Positions 12,401-24,238 of a DNA stretch of 64,000 bases are shown piece after piece. The position numbers were made by a program, and so were the translations under genes. A model generated the notes under the pieces. That model was given only the letters and a program-made list of their open reading frames with translations. It was not told the DNA's origin and searched no databases. Every line of letters begins with the position of its first letter. Within the stretch, counting starts at the first letter, position 1. Origin of the DNA: Lingula anatina (lineage: Eukaryota > Animalia > Brachiopoda); the NCBI GenBank assembly GCA_051362555.1, contig CM120640.1:20336001-20400000 (forward strand), read 5' to 3'.

Positions 12401-15400
12401 TTTTTACAAATAATATAAGCATCATCCCAACTAGACGAATTAAACACAGCTGTAAGAAAATATATCGAATTGTTCCTAAGATGAACAATTTTGCTTACAC
12501 AAAATTATGATGAGAAACATTTCAGTGTTTTATGCAAAAGTTAAGCTGAAAATAAGTTATTTAAGCATGTTTTGTTAGGTATCTAAACTACAGACTGGAA
12601 AGTTTCCTTCACTGTTAACTAAGACGTATAGCTACAAAAGCAAAAAAATTTTCCAGATGAAATCAAGGCTTTCAACAACCAGATACACATTGTTGCATTT
12701 ATCATTTTTGGGGCAAAAAAATCTAATGAAAGGTCCCATTCAGAATAGGGGACTAACTAGTCCGAGGGTCAAATATGGCTGACCTACTTGAATACTTCCC
12801 CACGGGATATTTATTCAGTGTCTATTAGTGGATTAGACAGCAAGCTTTTTAGTGGGTCGCCGTATTTGACCCTTGGACTAGTTAGTCCCCTATTCTGAAT
12901 GGGACCAAAGATTCAAGCTTACAAACATTCCCACAAATATATTACTTTAAAGATGAAACAAATTCAAGGTGCGCTATAAATTGAACACAAAGGGGTATTT
13001 TCTTTCGACATACCTTTTTATAAGCAGCCTGTGGATGCAAGCCCTGTCGTACTGCTGCAAACCATTCTTGTTCTCTCTGAGATTCAGCAAATATGAAAGC
13101 CTGATTGCTCAAATCCAACTCCTGAAATCTGATGTTTTTCAACAAATATAAAAGCAATCCATGTAGTGTGAAGGCAAGTTCCAACCACTGAAGCACAATG
13201 GGAATTCAAATTAATAGTAAGGTTATTTATTACTCAAAACAACTTTTTTCTTTTTCCCTTCTTTAAATAAGTTAACATTAAATACTTCAATCGTTAACAC
13301 ATCCTCTATCAATAAACAAAGTGAGTGCATGTATTCTATTAGTATCTGACAGTATGTACCCTATAGCATAGATGTCAGGAGGGTATTGATCAAATGCTAG
13401 CCATGGGCTTAAATCTGTATCACCTGGGGGCTGACCATTTGTGTTCCATGTACCACAAAATAACCTGCCATAAAAAACAGATGAAAGTCAAAAGAAGATG
13501 ACTGTAACAATGAGGCAATTGCGATCCCAAATTTTGATAAATCAAGAAAAGATCAACAACATTAGTATTTTATAAATGTGTCAGTAGAACTGCATTAAAA
13601 TGGCACATTTTAATCTAAGTAAAAAAAATGTATGGTCTTTTTCCACATCAATTCTAAGAGCAGACAGACAAGTGTAGAAAATAAAAAGAGCACTAACCTA
13701 ATAGTCTCAAGCCTTGTGAACTGATCTTCTACTTTGGACATGTACAGCTTAACAATACTTTCCCTGGGGCCTTCAGGTTTTGCATGACCAATTGCACTAT
13801 CTATTGAACTGTACATGTCACTGCCCAATTCTCTACAGGGAAAAGACACAAAGTCAAAAACCTTTGGCACCATTCACAAAGAATGTTATAAAAGAAAACT
13901 GAATCAAGCTGGAAAAAATGTGCATATGTTGCTAACTTTGTTTTTTATAAATTGCATATCTGAGTGAATGCATGGAAAGCATCTGACTTAAACTTAATTA
14001 ATTCACTAAAAATGCCTACCTGCTACTTGAAGCTGATGATTTACTATCAACTGATAAGTTTGAAAAACTGTCTTCAAATCCAACTGGCTTCCACACAGGA
14101 GATGTCCGCGCATCTGAAGAAAAATTTACCACTTTGATGATAATGCAAAAATTAGGTTTTTAAACAAGCAGATATTGGTGTTACTTCAGAAACTCCTCTT
14201 TCATATTTTCCTCTTGTATGGACACATACAACAACACTTAATTTTTTTTTCAAATTTACTTACGGACCATTGGAGTAGCTCCATTATCTACAGGTTTTGC
14301 AATATGACCCCAAGGCCAATCTGCAGAAAAGAAATAATAAAATAAAATACATAAGATGAAAATAGACAAATAACAATAACAAGCAAATTTAGTTCAAGTC
14401 AATTTAAGAAAGGTAAATTTCATGTGGATCTCTAATTTACTACTGCAAACACAGACAAATGCTAAAATTTATATTTTTTTCCCCTTTTTCACAAATGAAT
14501 TTATCCCGCAAGACAAAACCCACCTGAAACTTCTGGTTCAGTTTTCTCAGGCATGTGTTTTGTTGGATCAAATACATCATTTGCAAAGGGATTATTATCT
14601 ATTTGTGACTTTGAATATTTATCAAGCCAGGAAAAAGATGAAGGAAGACCAAAACCAGCATTTTGTGAGTAGACTGAAAGAGGAAATCACCATAGAATTC
14701 ATTATATAGCAGTCATATCTAATATTAAATAAGAAAATGCATATAAAACAAATCATATCTTTGTCAAAAGATCCATCAAAAGCAATAACCAATTACTAGA
14801 AATGTGATTAATTTTGTATATTCTGCAATAAATATCTAATTAATCTATTCATTGTCAGTGAGTGAATGAAAAGATGATCAAATTATCAAAGTTGCTACAA
14901 GTACTCAAGATATAGTTTTCATTAGGCCAAGCAATTCATCAATACTCAGCTACTCACATTGAGCACAAAATCATAGTAAATGAGTTTTATAGCAATTTTT
15001 TTCTTTTTTACCATCGATTCCCTTTTTCAGGTCTTTCAGCATAGCACTTAGTTGTGGTCCATTGGGAATTTGTAGCTTCAAATTATCACTGCTACACATT
15101 ATAGTAAGCAGAACTGGGTCACCTTTGATAATAGGAAAGAAACTGTCATTTTCATAGCGCCCATTTAAATGACCAAACCCAATCCAATTAATGTCATTCA
15201 TGTGAAAAATATTTAAATACAATTTTACCAAATATCTGATGTCACATATTTTAGATATTTATTACATTAAGTAGCCCAAAACAGCACTTTGAGTCTTAAT
15301 GAAATCAAGCAATGCAACCATTAAAATATCAATATTTTTGTACTAATAATGTTACAGATCAATTAGCAGCTTCTTTCATATAGTCCATCCTTGTCTTTAC

Positions 15401-18338
15401 CACAATGACAAGTAACTCATATAATAGTCATTAATGACACACAAAAAGGGTTTATAGTTAAGCACAGGCTTTAATATAATCAATATTAATGGGCTTCAAA
15501 GTGCAAATAGAACAGAGATGATAAATGCATATCTAATATGATTCATTTATACTGTAAAATAAAGCAACTGAGATAGGAAGCGTTCAGATAAAGTTATTGT
15601 ACTGGCTGGATCAATCCAAATCTGTGGGAGATTCTCCCTAAGTGCAATCACTGTAATCGGAGTAAATATCTGACACAATTCCTCGAGTTGCTATGGGATA
15701 ATAAAACTAGCTACTCCAGTAGGTGTGTCAGATGATTACACTGAATGCAATTTAGTGCGAGCCCCCCACAGAGTTGGATTGATCCAGCTGGTGCAACATT
15801 TGAATCTGAATATGGTCTAAGTTGAGTCCTGTGTAAAGCCCTTACCTTGTTTAATGCTCCCCAAAGCAACTGAAATGAGATACCAAATGATAAATGACAT
15901 TAAACACTTGGAATGATTCCATTTCCATTATGTTACTACACAACTCATATTAGTACAGAATGATGCATCTTGATTACTGACAGGAAGAAAAATCACAGGC
16001 TTCTAGATGCAAAATAAAGTCCGTTTTAAATGAACATTTTGATGATGAACAAATATCAAATAAATCTATAGCTGACAGGCAACTATTACAGTCTAAACGA
16101 AAAACTAAAAGAAGACAATTCTATAATCAAAAGTCGCTTTTTATGGCATGTGTCCACCTCTCTTCTATAGTTACCATCAATCCCTTATCATGACAGACAG
16201 ATTGTGCCAGTCTTTTCTAAATGTCACCCACCATGTCACCTTTAGATAACGACTATCATTACAGTTCATTTCCAAAAATTATCACCCACCTAATGAAAAT
16301 AGAAATAACAAAGCTTACTGCTGTCAGTACTGAAGACCCCTCAACTCCCAATCCAGCATTACCAACAGGTTTCAAATCTCAGTGATAGTGAACTTATTTC
16401 AATGCATATGCTGCGTTAACAAATTCTCACTCCACTTATGCAAAACATATTTCTTAAAAACAAGTAGTTTGGCTTGCAGTTACCTGGTGTTTGGCATCTG
16501 GTGTCATTAGTAACAGGTAATGCTTTCTCAACAGTCAGGTCTGCAGATGATAGCACAGGCAGCCTGGAGGTAGTGTGTACAAACAGCCTGAAACATCAAG
16601 ATGAGGCAGAATTTGATAAAACATGCTGTTAAGCTTAAATACATAATAGCAGATATAAGAGATAAAGGTCTGTGGTCCAATAGCTTAAAAACCATGCACT
16701 GTTCAATTTATGTCGAACAGCAGATTGAAATACATATATAACTGGTAGTCCTATGAGCCATCTCTCACCATATAAGCTTGCCTTACTCGAAAAAAAAACA
16801 CCAAACAGGGAAAAATTTTGATCCCTTCATTTCCTGGACAAAAAAATTGTTAGCTAAAATCAATACCTTAGCTCATTAGAAAAAAAGACGGGTTGCACAA
16901 GCCAACGTGAATCTTTACAGCCTAGAGCAATAAAATTAGTCATTTACCCATAATCGCCTTCCCTTTCAACAATAGCCAATATTCTGGGGCTTTTGTTGCC
17001 ATTACTAGGATTTATTAAACTGGCCTGGATACAGTAAAATGTTAAGGAATGCAGGTAAAAATTTAAATTTGTATAAAAAAGCAAAAACAGCAAAGCTACT
17101 TAACACAGAAACATTAAAATATAATATTCAATGAAACAGATATATGTCTTGAATGACACATTTTGATATTATTCATATCATCATTTTTAAATGAGAACAA
17201 TAGTGCACCTGTTTAACAGGAATTAGGATTGATGATAAGCAACAGTTGCCCTAAGCAGTGTGAACAAGCAAAGTGGGTTTATTTGATTGTGATTCTATCT
17301 GGGTTGACAAGACCAAGGTTTACTTGCTTGTGTGAATGGCCCTTTTAACTGCATACCCCTGATGATGGACAAAACTCACATCAATCCAGGCTATTAAGTG
17401 ACAAAGAACTTGAAGAAAACATTTCTCTTAAAAAATAAATAAATAAATAAAAAGTTAACATGATTATACTAGTTCAAACTAGGTAAGAGGGATTTTGTTA
17501 GAAAAATTTTGCATGGGAACAACAGGAATTTTTATTTCAACACCGATATAAACCCTTTCTAAAAAAAATGAATAAATGTGTTTCCGCCATCTTCTTAGAA
17601 CAAATTTTATGTTTGACATGTCACATAGTAATATAAAGTGTCAATAAATTATCAGTACCAATGCCTATGTAATCAAGGTTTAATTATTCTTAAAGTATGT
17701 TTGGGCATAAACGACATATCAATTTGCCTTCATTTAATGGCAAATGTCACTGCTGTGCAATAAAAATATGTTTAAACACTTTTTTAATACAACATGGAAT
17801 ACCATATAATAAACTTCAAACCCTTTATAAGTGCAATATAAAAATTGATCATCTGTATGTCAGTGGTAGATTTGATGGGCTTGACATTTTTTAACATTTC
17901 TGCATCTTTAAGAAGACAAAAAGAAATTTTGTGAGAGGTATTTCTTAATATTTGAAAGAAGGCATTTGCTCTGTAAACGACTTGTGGCACCTAAGAATTG
18001 GAAAAGGGATGAATGAACAGCCTAGATGGAGAACTGTCAGCCTGAATCTTAACACTGTATCACTTAATCACTACAGCTGGAATATGCATATTCCTCATAC
18101 TAATATCTAGATTAGTTTATCCTCTGTATTTGACCTGGGATTATATGATTGAAAATGGTACCAATACAGAAACCATCTATCAACTTATTTACATGACATG
18201 AATTGTGTAGATAACAACTAGGTTATTCAGCCAAATTTGATAGATAAGTTCATTGGATGTAAAATTGTGAACAAAGGATATACAAAGACATCTCTCTGGA
18301 GTAGCAAGCTTTTTCTGAACCACTGCAGTAAGGTCCAT
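6424..18338 (-). CDS. INPP5B/OCRL: Type II inositol polyphosphate 5-phosphatase, OCRL/INPP5B family (PH, 5-phosphatase, ASH, RhoGAP-like), ~932 aa, 27 coding exons
   Basis: Exons: 18338-18282, 17033-16948, 16587-16484, 15869-15846, 15122-15012, 14673-14524, 14320-14264, 14113-14020, 13832-13698, 13464-13360, 13128-13014, 12449-12333, 11906-11799, 11597-11518, 11176-11065, 10819-10710, 10441-10306, 9953-9843, 9659-9591, 9411-9315, 8980-8856, 8512-8402, 8207-8079, 7753-7669, 7350-7223, 6933-6822, 6554-6424. Phases are consistent and the total is 2799 nt. Motifs: [70 protein letters not shown]. Confidence 0.96.
7351..7668 (-). other. U12-type GT-AG intron (RhoGAP-like domain)
   Basis: Donor GTATCCTTG; branch TTCCTTAAC about 10 nt before CAG; no polypyrimidine tract. 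Confidence 0.9.
8513..8855 (-). other. U12-type AT-AC intron (ASH domain)
   Basis: Donor ATATCCTT after KDFF, branch TCCTTAAC, AC acceptor. The next exon [13 protein letters not shown] is in frame. Confidence 0.92.
12732..12906. mobile_element. MITE with ~50-bp terminal inverted repeats (PIF/Harbinger-like?)
   Basis: GGTCCCATTCAGAATAGGGGACTAACTAGTCC... / ...GGACTAGTTAGTCCCCTATTCTGAATGGGACC, with AAA on both flanks. Confidence 0.85.
15583..15810. mobile_element. Old MITE / long imperfect inverted repeat
   Basis: GCTGGATCAATCCAAATCTGTGGG pairs with CCCACAGAGTTGGATTGATCCAGC; outer TTCAGAT/ATCTGAA. Confidence 0.7.
17034..18281 (-). other. U12-type AT-AC intron (first coding intron of INPP5B/OCRL)
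   Basis: Donor ATATCCTTTG after codon 19. Branch point TTCCTTAAC just upstream of an AC acceptor. The frame continues into CIQASLINP. Confidence 0.9.
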
Positions 18339-18737
18339 CTTCTAATATCTAGGAATGCTGTTTTGCACTTCTTAGGTTGGCCAAAAGACCTGAAATAAAT
18401 ATAAACAATCACAATTTAGGAACATCATTGTATTCATAAATATCGTAATCAAATTTTTTCATCAACATTCCATACTAAACAGGGGTTTCCCCAGGATTTG
18501 GATACAGGGAGTCCAAAATTTTAATCTGTAATTAGGGCATTTATTTACCAACCCAAGCAAGCCCAACTGACACACCCCAAAATTTGTTAGCCGTCCAGCT
18601 GTCTTTGGAAATATAGGCAGTCTTTTGAGACAAATGGCTGTCCAAATGTCTGCTGGATGGCTCTATAGAAACAGCCTTGCTACTAAAGTAAAACTAAAGC
18701 CAAACTAAAGCTCTCTGATATAAAATATCTGTTTAAT

Positions 18738-19130
18738 AATGTTTTTGTGAGCATCACAACTCTACACCACTTCCAACAATGTTCATTCTAAGAGTCACGC
18801 TCTTTTATTTATTTCTTTTTGTTGATTGTCAAGTTTGGTATAGACAAATGGACCTAGATAAATTCTTAACACTGGATAGTGTACATAAGCTATAATCAAC
18901 ACATTGCAAAGAGGTTGCACCAAAATTTGGAAAGTACGTAAATTTCCTGTTTTCCAATGTTTTTGTGAGTATCACAGATCCAACTTTTATCGCTTCCAGT
19001 AGACTTTATTCTAAGAGTACTGCTCTTTTTTTATTGTCACTTTTGGCACAGATAGCTGGAACTAGATAAATTCTTAACACTGGATAGTGTACAACCAACA
19101 TACTGCAAAGGGGATGCATCATGATTGGAA
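18738..19130. repeat. Diverged tandem duplication (~215-bp unit)
   Basis: AATGTTTTTGTGAG..ATCACA and CTAGATAAATTCTTAACACTGGATAGTGTACA each occur twice. Confidence 0.8.
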
Positions 19131-20059
19131 TGTAATACCCCAGTGAATTTGTAACTGCCAAATGCCAATGCTTTCCCAACTATCCATGCACTTCAACACA
19201 ATACCCACTTTCATTCTTTATAAATATAATTAATCAACAACTGTTACTTTTATGAGGCTTGATGTCTTTTACATCTAATAAAGTTCTGATGTTGTATGAT
19301 ATTTTCAAGTTATTTAATGGCAGGCAAGGCTTAAAACTGCCTTGATTTATTTAATTCATAAGCACCCCTCGGAGTCTCCTTAAGTTAAAAAACCAAAACA
19401 AACCAAGGTGCATCTACCTAACCATCTCAACAACGATGACAAAACTATCAAATATGATATTAAAATAAAACAAAGTATAATCAATTGTATTAAAAATGTA
19501 AAACCAGAAACTGCTCTTAACCCGAACATTATATTACCATAACTAAAATAAATTACAAACCTGTAAATTCCAAAAACTAATTCATTTTTTTTATCATCAT
19601 GTTCATTTATCACAAAAAAACTGTGATATCTTATCGTATTATAGATTATCATTTTTCAGACAAGTTAAGAAAAACTTTTGATCAAAATGAGAAAGCTTAT
19701 CTAACGCATTTTGAAAAAAAAAATAAAATACAAAACAGGATTTCAAAGATACAATGTATCAAAATATACATTCGCTACGTACATGTACGATATTTGGCAA
19801 AAAAGTGTGCTCGAATTCTTTTCTATGGAAAACTCGTACATTTTTCAAAATGTTCACAGAAATTACCCGCTGAAAAGACTTCGGCTTGTTTTGTATCATT
19901 TCAAAACGCCCTGAATCGAGCTTTACGTTAACACAGTCTGCCAAATGCACAGATAGCGTCACTGCTGTCAACTGGGTGAAATAGATCTAAATAAAAACAC
20001 TTCATTCAATTTCCATGTTCTTACATGCATTTACAACTCTACGATAATATAACACTCAC

Positions 20060-20490
20060 CATAAAAAGTTAACGAGAGGCCAATACTAGGAATTCATCGA
20101 CAGGCCTTAAAGGAAAGAGTTACACTCCTGTGGAACCTCTTTGCTCTCCGTCTGGGTTGCTGGGTCAAACACGCAGAGTTAAGACTTTGTTTGTCCAATA
20201 TATTAAAAAATTCATCATGCATTGCTACTTTAAAATATTTTCATATTTTGTCAGTAATTCCAAACATTCCGTCAAATGCAAGAATTTAGTCAAATTAAAT
20301 ACTTTGTCTTGGGCGCTTCATTATCTCAAAATAATATATCGAAACAATAGTTATTATACTCTATGACTCTGAATTTAGTTGTTGTAGAGACCACTGCTGA
20401 CAACGTCAAAGGTCACAGCTAGTTAAGTTTCTCACGTTTCTCGAGTAAAATGCCCTCCTGGTAGCGTTATTTGATGTAAGAGAAAGACGG
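20060..20490. promoter_or_regulatory. Probable bidirectional promoter and first non-coding exons of INPP5B/OCRL (-) and the D/D-domain gene (+)
   Basis: Minus-strand donor ATG|GTGAGT at 20060 and plus-strand donor CGG|GTGAGT at 20491. Local CpG enrichment. TSS positions cannot be determined. Confidence 0.6.
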
Positions 20491-21051
20491 GTGAGTAAAT
20501 GACATTATTCAAGTAATGACGATAATAGTTGATTAGTCTTCTTGTACTGAGAAGCTGTTTAGTGTTGTTTCACAATGTTGAAGCACCTGCAATTTGCTGT
20601 GAATATGAACATTTGATTGTTCGAGTAAGAGAGGAAGTGCAAGTCGTTTACCTAATTTATTTGCATTGGATGAAATTATTTTTATTTTAAAATCTTTAAC
20701 TTTTCAAGGTTGTGGTATATCTACTTGGTTCATACAGTACATAACAATCACTTTAATTGTAAATGTGAAATGTCTACAGCTATTCCAGTATACTGGTATC
20801 ACGGTTTGTTTGACCTTGTAGTCCTTGTTTCTAATATTTTGCATGATTTTATTTTAATACAAAGGTGAGTGGTCATACCCATGAAGCGACAGCTTATTCA
20901 GCTTCTTTATTATAATTATTATAGTATTCAAGTATTTTGCTTCTTTGTTTACAAGGTATCCCACATGAAGACAGTTTGAAGGATATTGTAGAGTTCCTGG
21001 TCACACTCCATGCTAAAACGTCTATAGATTGTTCAAAACACTGTCTTGAGA

Positions 21052-21450
21052 ATGGATACTATAGTAACAGGGTCCCAGCAGCCTACAAGGCATGTACGCC
21101 CCATCCATGAACAAATATTGGAATCTGAGAACTCAAAAAACTACATGGAAAGGAAAAAAATTCCAGAGATGTTCCAAAGCCTGGCAGCTAGTCTGATGAT
21201 GGAGAGACCCCAGGATCACTTAACTTTTATTGAGGAAAAACTGGAAATAATGAAAAAAGAAGGTGATGACAATATTAATTGGGAAACATTTATTTACCAT
21301 TTACATCCTATGCGGGATGCTGTTAGAGAGAAATATGTCAAAGATGGAAAGTTTGAAGAAAGGAAAGAAAAGGAGAAGAAGAAAAGGAAGAGTCAAGGAC
21401 CTGAAGTATTTGAACTCACTGAAACACTTGCAGAAGATGATGATGTATAA
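21052..21450 (+). CDS. Small (132 aa) RIIa/Dpy-30-like dimerization/docking (D/D) domain protein, AK5 N-terminus-like; CDS in a single exon
   Basis: NYMERKKIPEMFQSLAASLMMERPQDHLTFIEEKL...INWETFI fits the D/D pattern (recalled similarity to AK5 EYLARREIPQLFESLLNGLMCSKPEDPVEYL...VKWDTFV). Candidate 5' UTR exons end at 20490 and span 20709-20864; acceptor before 20956. Confidence 0.8.
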   Translation: MDTIVTGSQQPTRHVRPIHEQILESENSKNYMERKKIPEMFQSLAASLMMERPQDHLTFIEEKLEIMKKEGDDNINWETFIYHLHPMRDAVREKYVKDGKFEERKEKEKKKRKSQGPEVFELTETLAEDDDV

Positions 21451-24238
21451 CATATTGACCAGTTGAAAGCAGTCCTGGTTATGTTGTCAAAGTTTATATA
21501 CATGTAGAGAAATGAATATAGATTGGACTTAGTTCTTCCAACACTACAATGAAAATACTGACGTTCAATATATCAGGAGACAGGGTTTTTAATGAATATA
21601 CCCATTTAATTGATAGCCAAGATACCTTATTAGTTTTCAGTTTATGTCACTTTAGAAGGAGGGGGTTCATAGCTCACTATGTCACTCCAATTATCAATCT
21701 TTCAATTTAAGAGCAGTTTCATTAAGACTAAAGGGAAAATGAATAATGACAATTAACCTAATTATTAAACATTATTATTATTAAAAATTATTAAACTTAT
21801 ACACCAGTCATTTATAAAGCATTCGACTGACACAAGATTTGAATACTTTCAATCATGTTTCTCCAAATTCAATATGACAAATTTGATTAGGTACAGCTAT
21901 GATCGATGAAGGGTTTTTCATTACTATATAGATTTTTGTTTGATTTGAAGTTTTTTAATTTTATTTATTTATTTAACACAATACACACATTTAAATACAT
22001 GCACAATTAAATATGGTTTTGTAGTGATCTAAATAAAAAAATAATTTGAGCACTGATTTTTGTAACAGGGTTTAGAATATATAAAACTTAAACTAACTTT
22101 ATATTATACACGTACCTGGTGTGGGTTAATTAGCTTATCATTTGAAAATCACTACATCATTTTTAGTTATTGTCATCTTTAGTTCCATGACTCATTCCTA
22201 ATTTAACTTTGATCAAAGTGCAATGAAATTGAATTGTGGCAGGTTTCATAAAATAAATTAAGCATTAGAAATGAATTTGAACATGATATTAGAAATTTAA
22301 GGTGTACAAGGAAATACCAGCATTCATTTTTAGTCCTTCTCATACTGAAAAATCTCTTGCCATGATAAAACAATTCTCATGGTTTATTTCTATGTAGCCT
22401 TGGCTAGAATGGAACAGTGTGCAGGAGTAGCACTGTAGTAGCATTTCCATAAATTGAAAACAATTATATCGACATAAAGTTAGGTACCTTCAAACACTTG
22501 AAACTTATGCCAAGGTATACTTGCAATCTCTTTTCTGATACAGTAATGCCTGTGTCATTGCTCAATGTCTTCCCCAATAAATTTTTGGGGAGATAAAAGA
22601 CAATTTATTGAATAGCAATAATTATGTGCTTAATTTATTAATACTTTTTTAATGCAGTGCTTGATAACAGGTTGTCAGTTGATGAAAACTTATCTTATAT
22701 TGTTATATTTATTCAATGAAAATAATTATGCTTTTACATTTTCTTCAAAATGTACTTCCAATCTTTTCATTTGAAATAAAAATCTAAAAAATATCTGATT
22801 CAGTTAATACTTATTCATATTCTGATATAGATTACCCCAGCTGTATAACAAAAAGACTATACTTTTGTTGGTCTTGTTTCTTCATATCTATCTTGTGCGA
22901 AAAAATATTCGATCAAGCCACCTTACTGGAAAAGTTAATACCTATCATCTGTTGCCATAAATATATTTTTGATTACAAAGATAAGAAATACAATCTTCAC
23001 TATGTACTTAATGAGTAAGAATATGAGATTCATTACATTTAATCCAACAAAGCCATGGCTTACTTGAGATCCTGTTACAAAAAATTCATTTGATTATGTC
23101 CACATTATCTGATGGGAACCTTCCCGCTGACTTTAAATTCAGACTTTAGCAAAACAGAACTGAAATCAACCAGTTAGCCTCTCCTACAGAAGTAATAATT
23201 TTGATTCAAATTCTAGAAATTATCTTGTATGCTTCAGTCTTGTACATACATGTAAAAGGTGGTTTGAAATGTTACAAAAGGTGAAAATGAAAACACAAAA
23301 CATTTACTATTTACAATGTAAACAGCATAAAAAATATCTGCATATCCTAAATAAGACTTATAATAAATAGACTGTATTAAATGAAAGAACAACCAATCAA
23401 CCCTGCTGCTGTCTGAGTACCTGAAGTCAAAGGACTTCTTATCTTTTTGTGTAACTTTACATAATTAAACAATGGTCATAATATAAGTTACTTTCAATAA
23501 TAATATGTGTCTTGAATGAAATTGCTCTTAACCCACAGATGCATTAAAGATTTTTAATCTCTGTTTTTTAAACTTCAACATTTTTAATATCTAGCTAGGT
23601 AGTTTGTTTCCTTTTCAGTTAAGTGACAAAGACACAGAGGGCAAATTGGCTGACAATGATCCATCTACATTATGCAAAATTGGCTGAAAAAAGTAATTGA
23701 GTAATGCTGCTCATGTCTGTATATTTAAATATAAAATACATGCTCTAACATTTAAAATATCACCACACTGTTTCAGCCACCATCACTCTTTAGTCCAACA
23801 TATCTACCCCAAATACATAAAAAAAGTTATATTTACACACTTTCAACAAAATTCTTCCATCTACACACCTGCAATGCCTATTCAAAATATCACTAAGTAT
23901 GTGTGACTACGTATTAAAAAGGAACAGTTTCAAGCTAGCTCAACACTAACATGCTGAAAGACTACATTAATAATATTTTAATTTAAAAATGGTCCTCTAT
24001 AGTCCACATTGATGCTTATCACTTTATTAAAATTGTGCAATCTAAAGACAACATGGCTGACAACATTTTATACACAGTTGAGTAAACAAGCTTCACAAAA
24101 TAATCACAATTTCGTTATTTTGTAATTGATCACAAAAAATAACTATCTAGCTTACATTACCTAAAACGTTTATAAATGCCTTTCATATACCACAGGTTGA
24201 AAAAAAAATACATTACACCATTATTCTAATTGTGATGC

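Noticed and set aside
17784-17990. Candidate INPP5B exon in the 68-aa ORF
   Set aside because: Lies within the AT-AC intron, has no similarity to the family, and the gene model is complete without it.
18480-18678. Decayed CAGGG-type MITE
   Set aside because: The right TIR is too degenerate and no TSD is visible.
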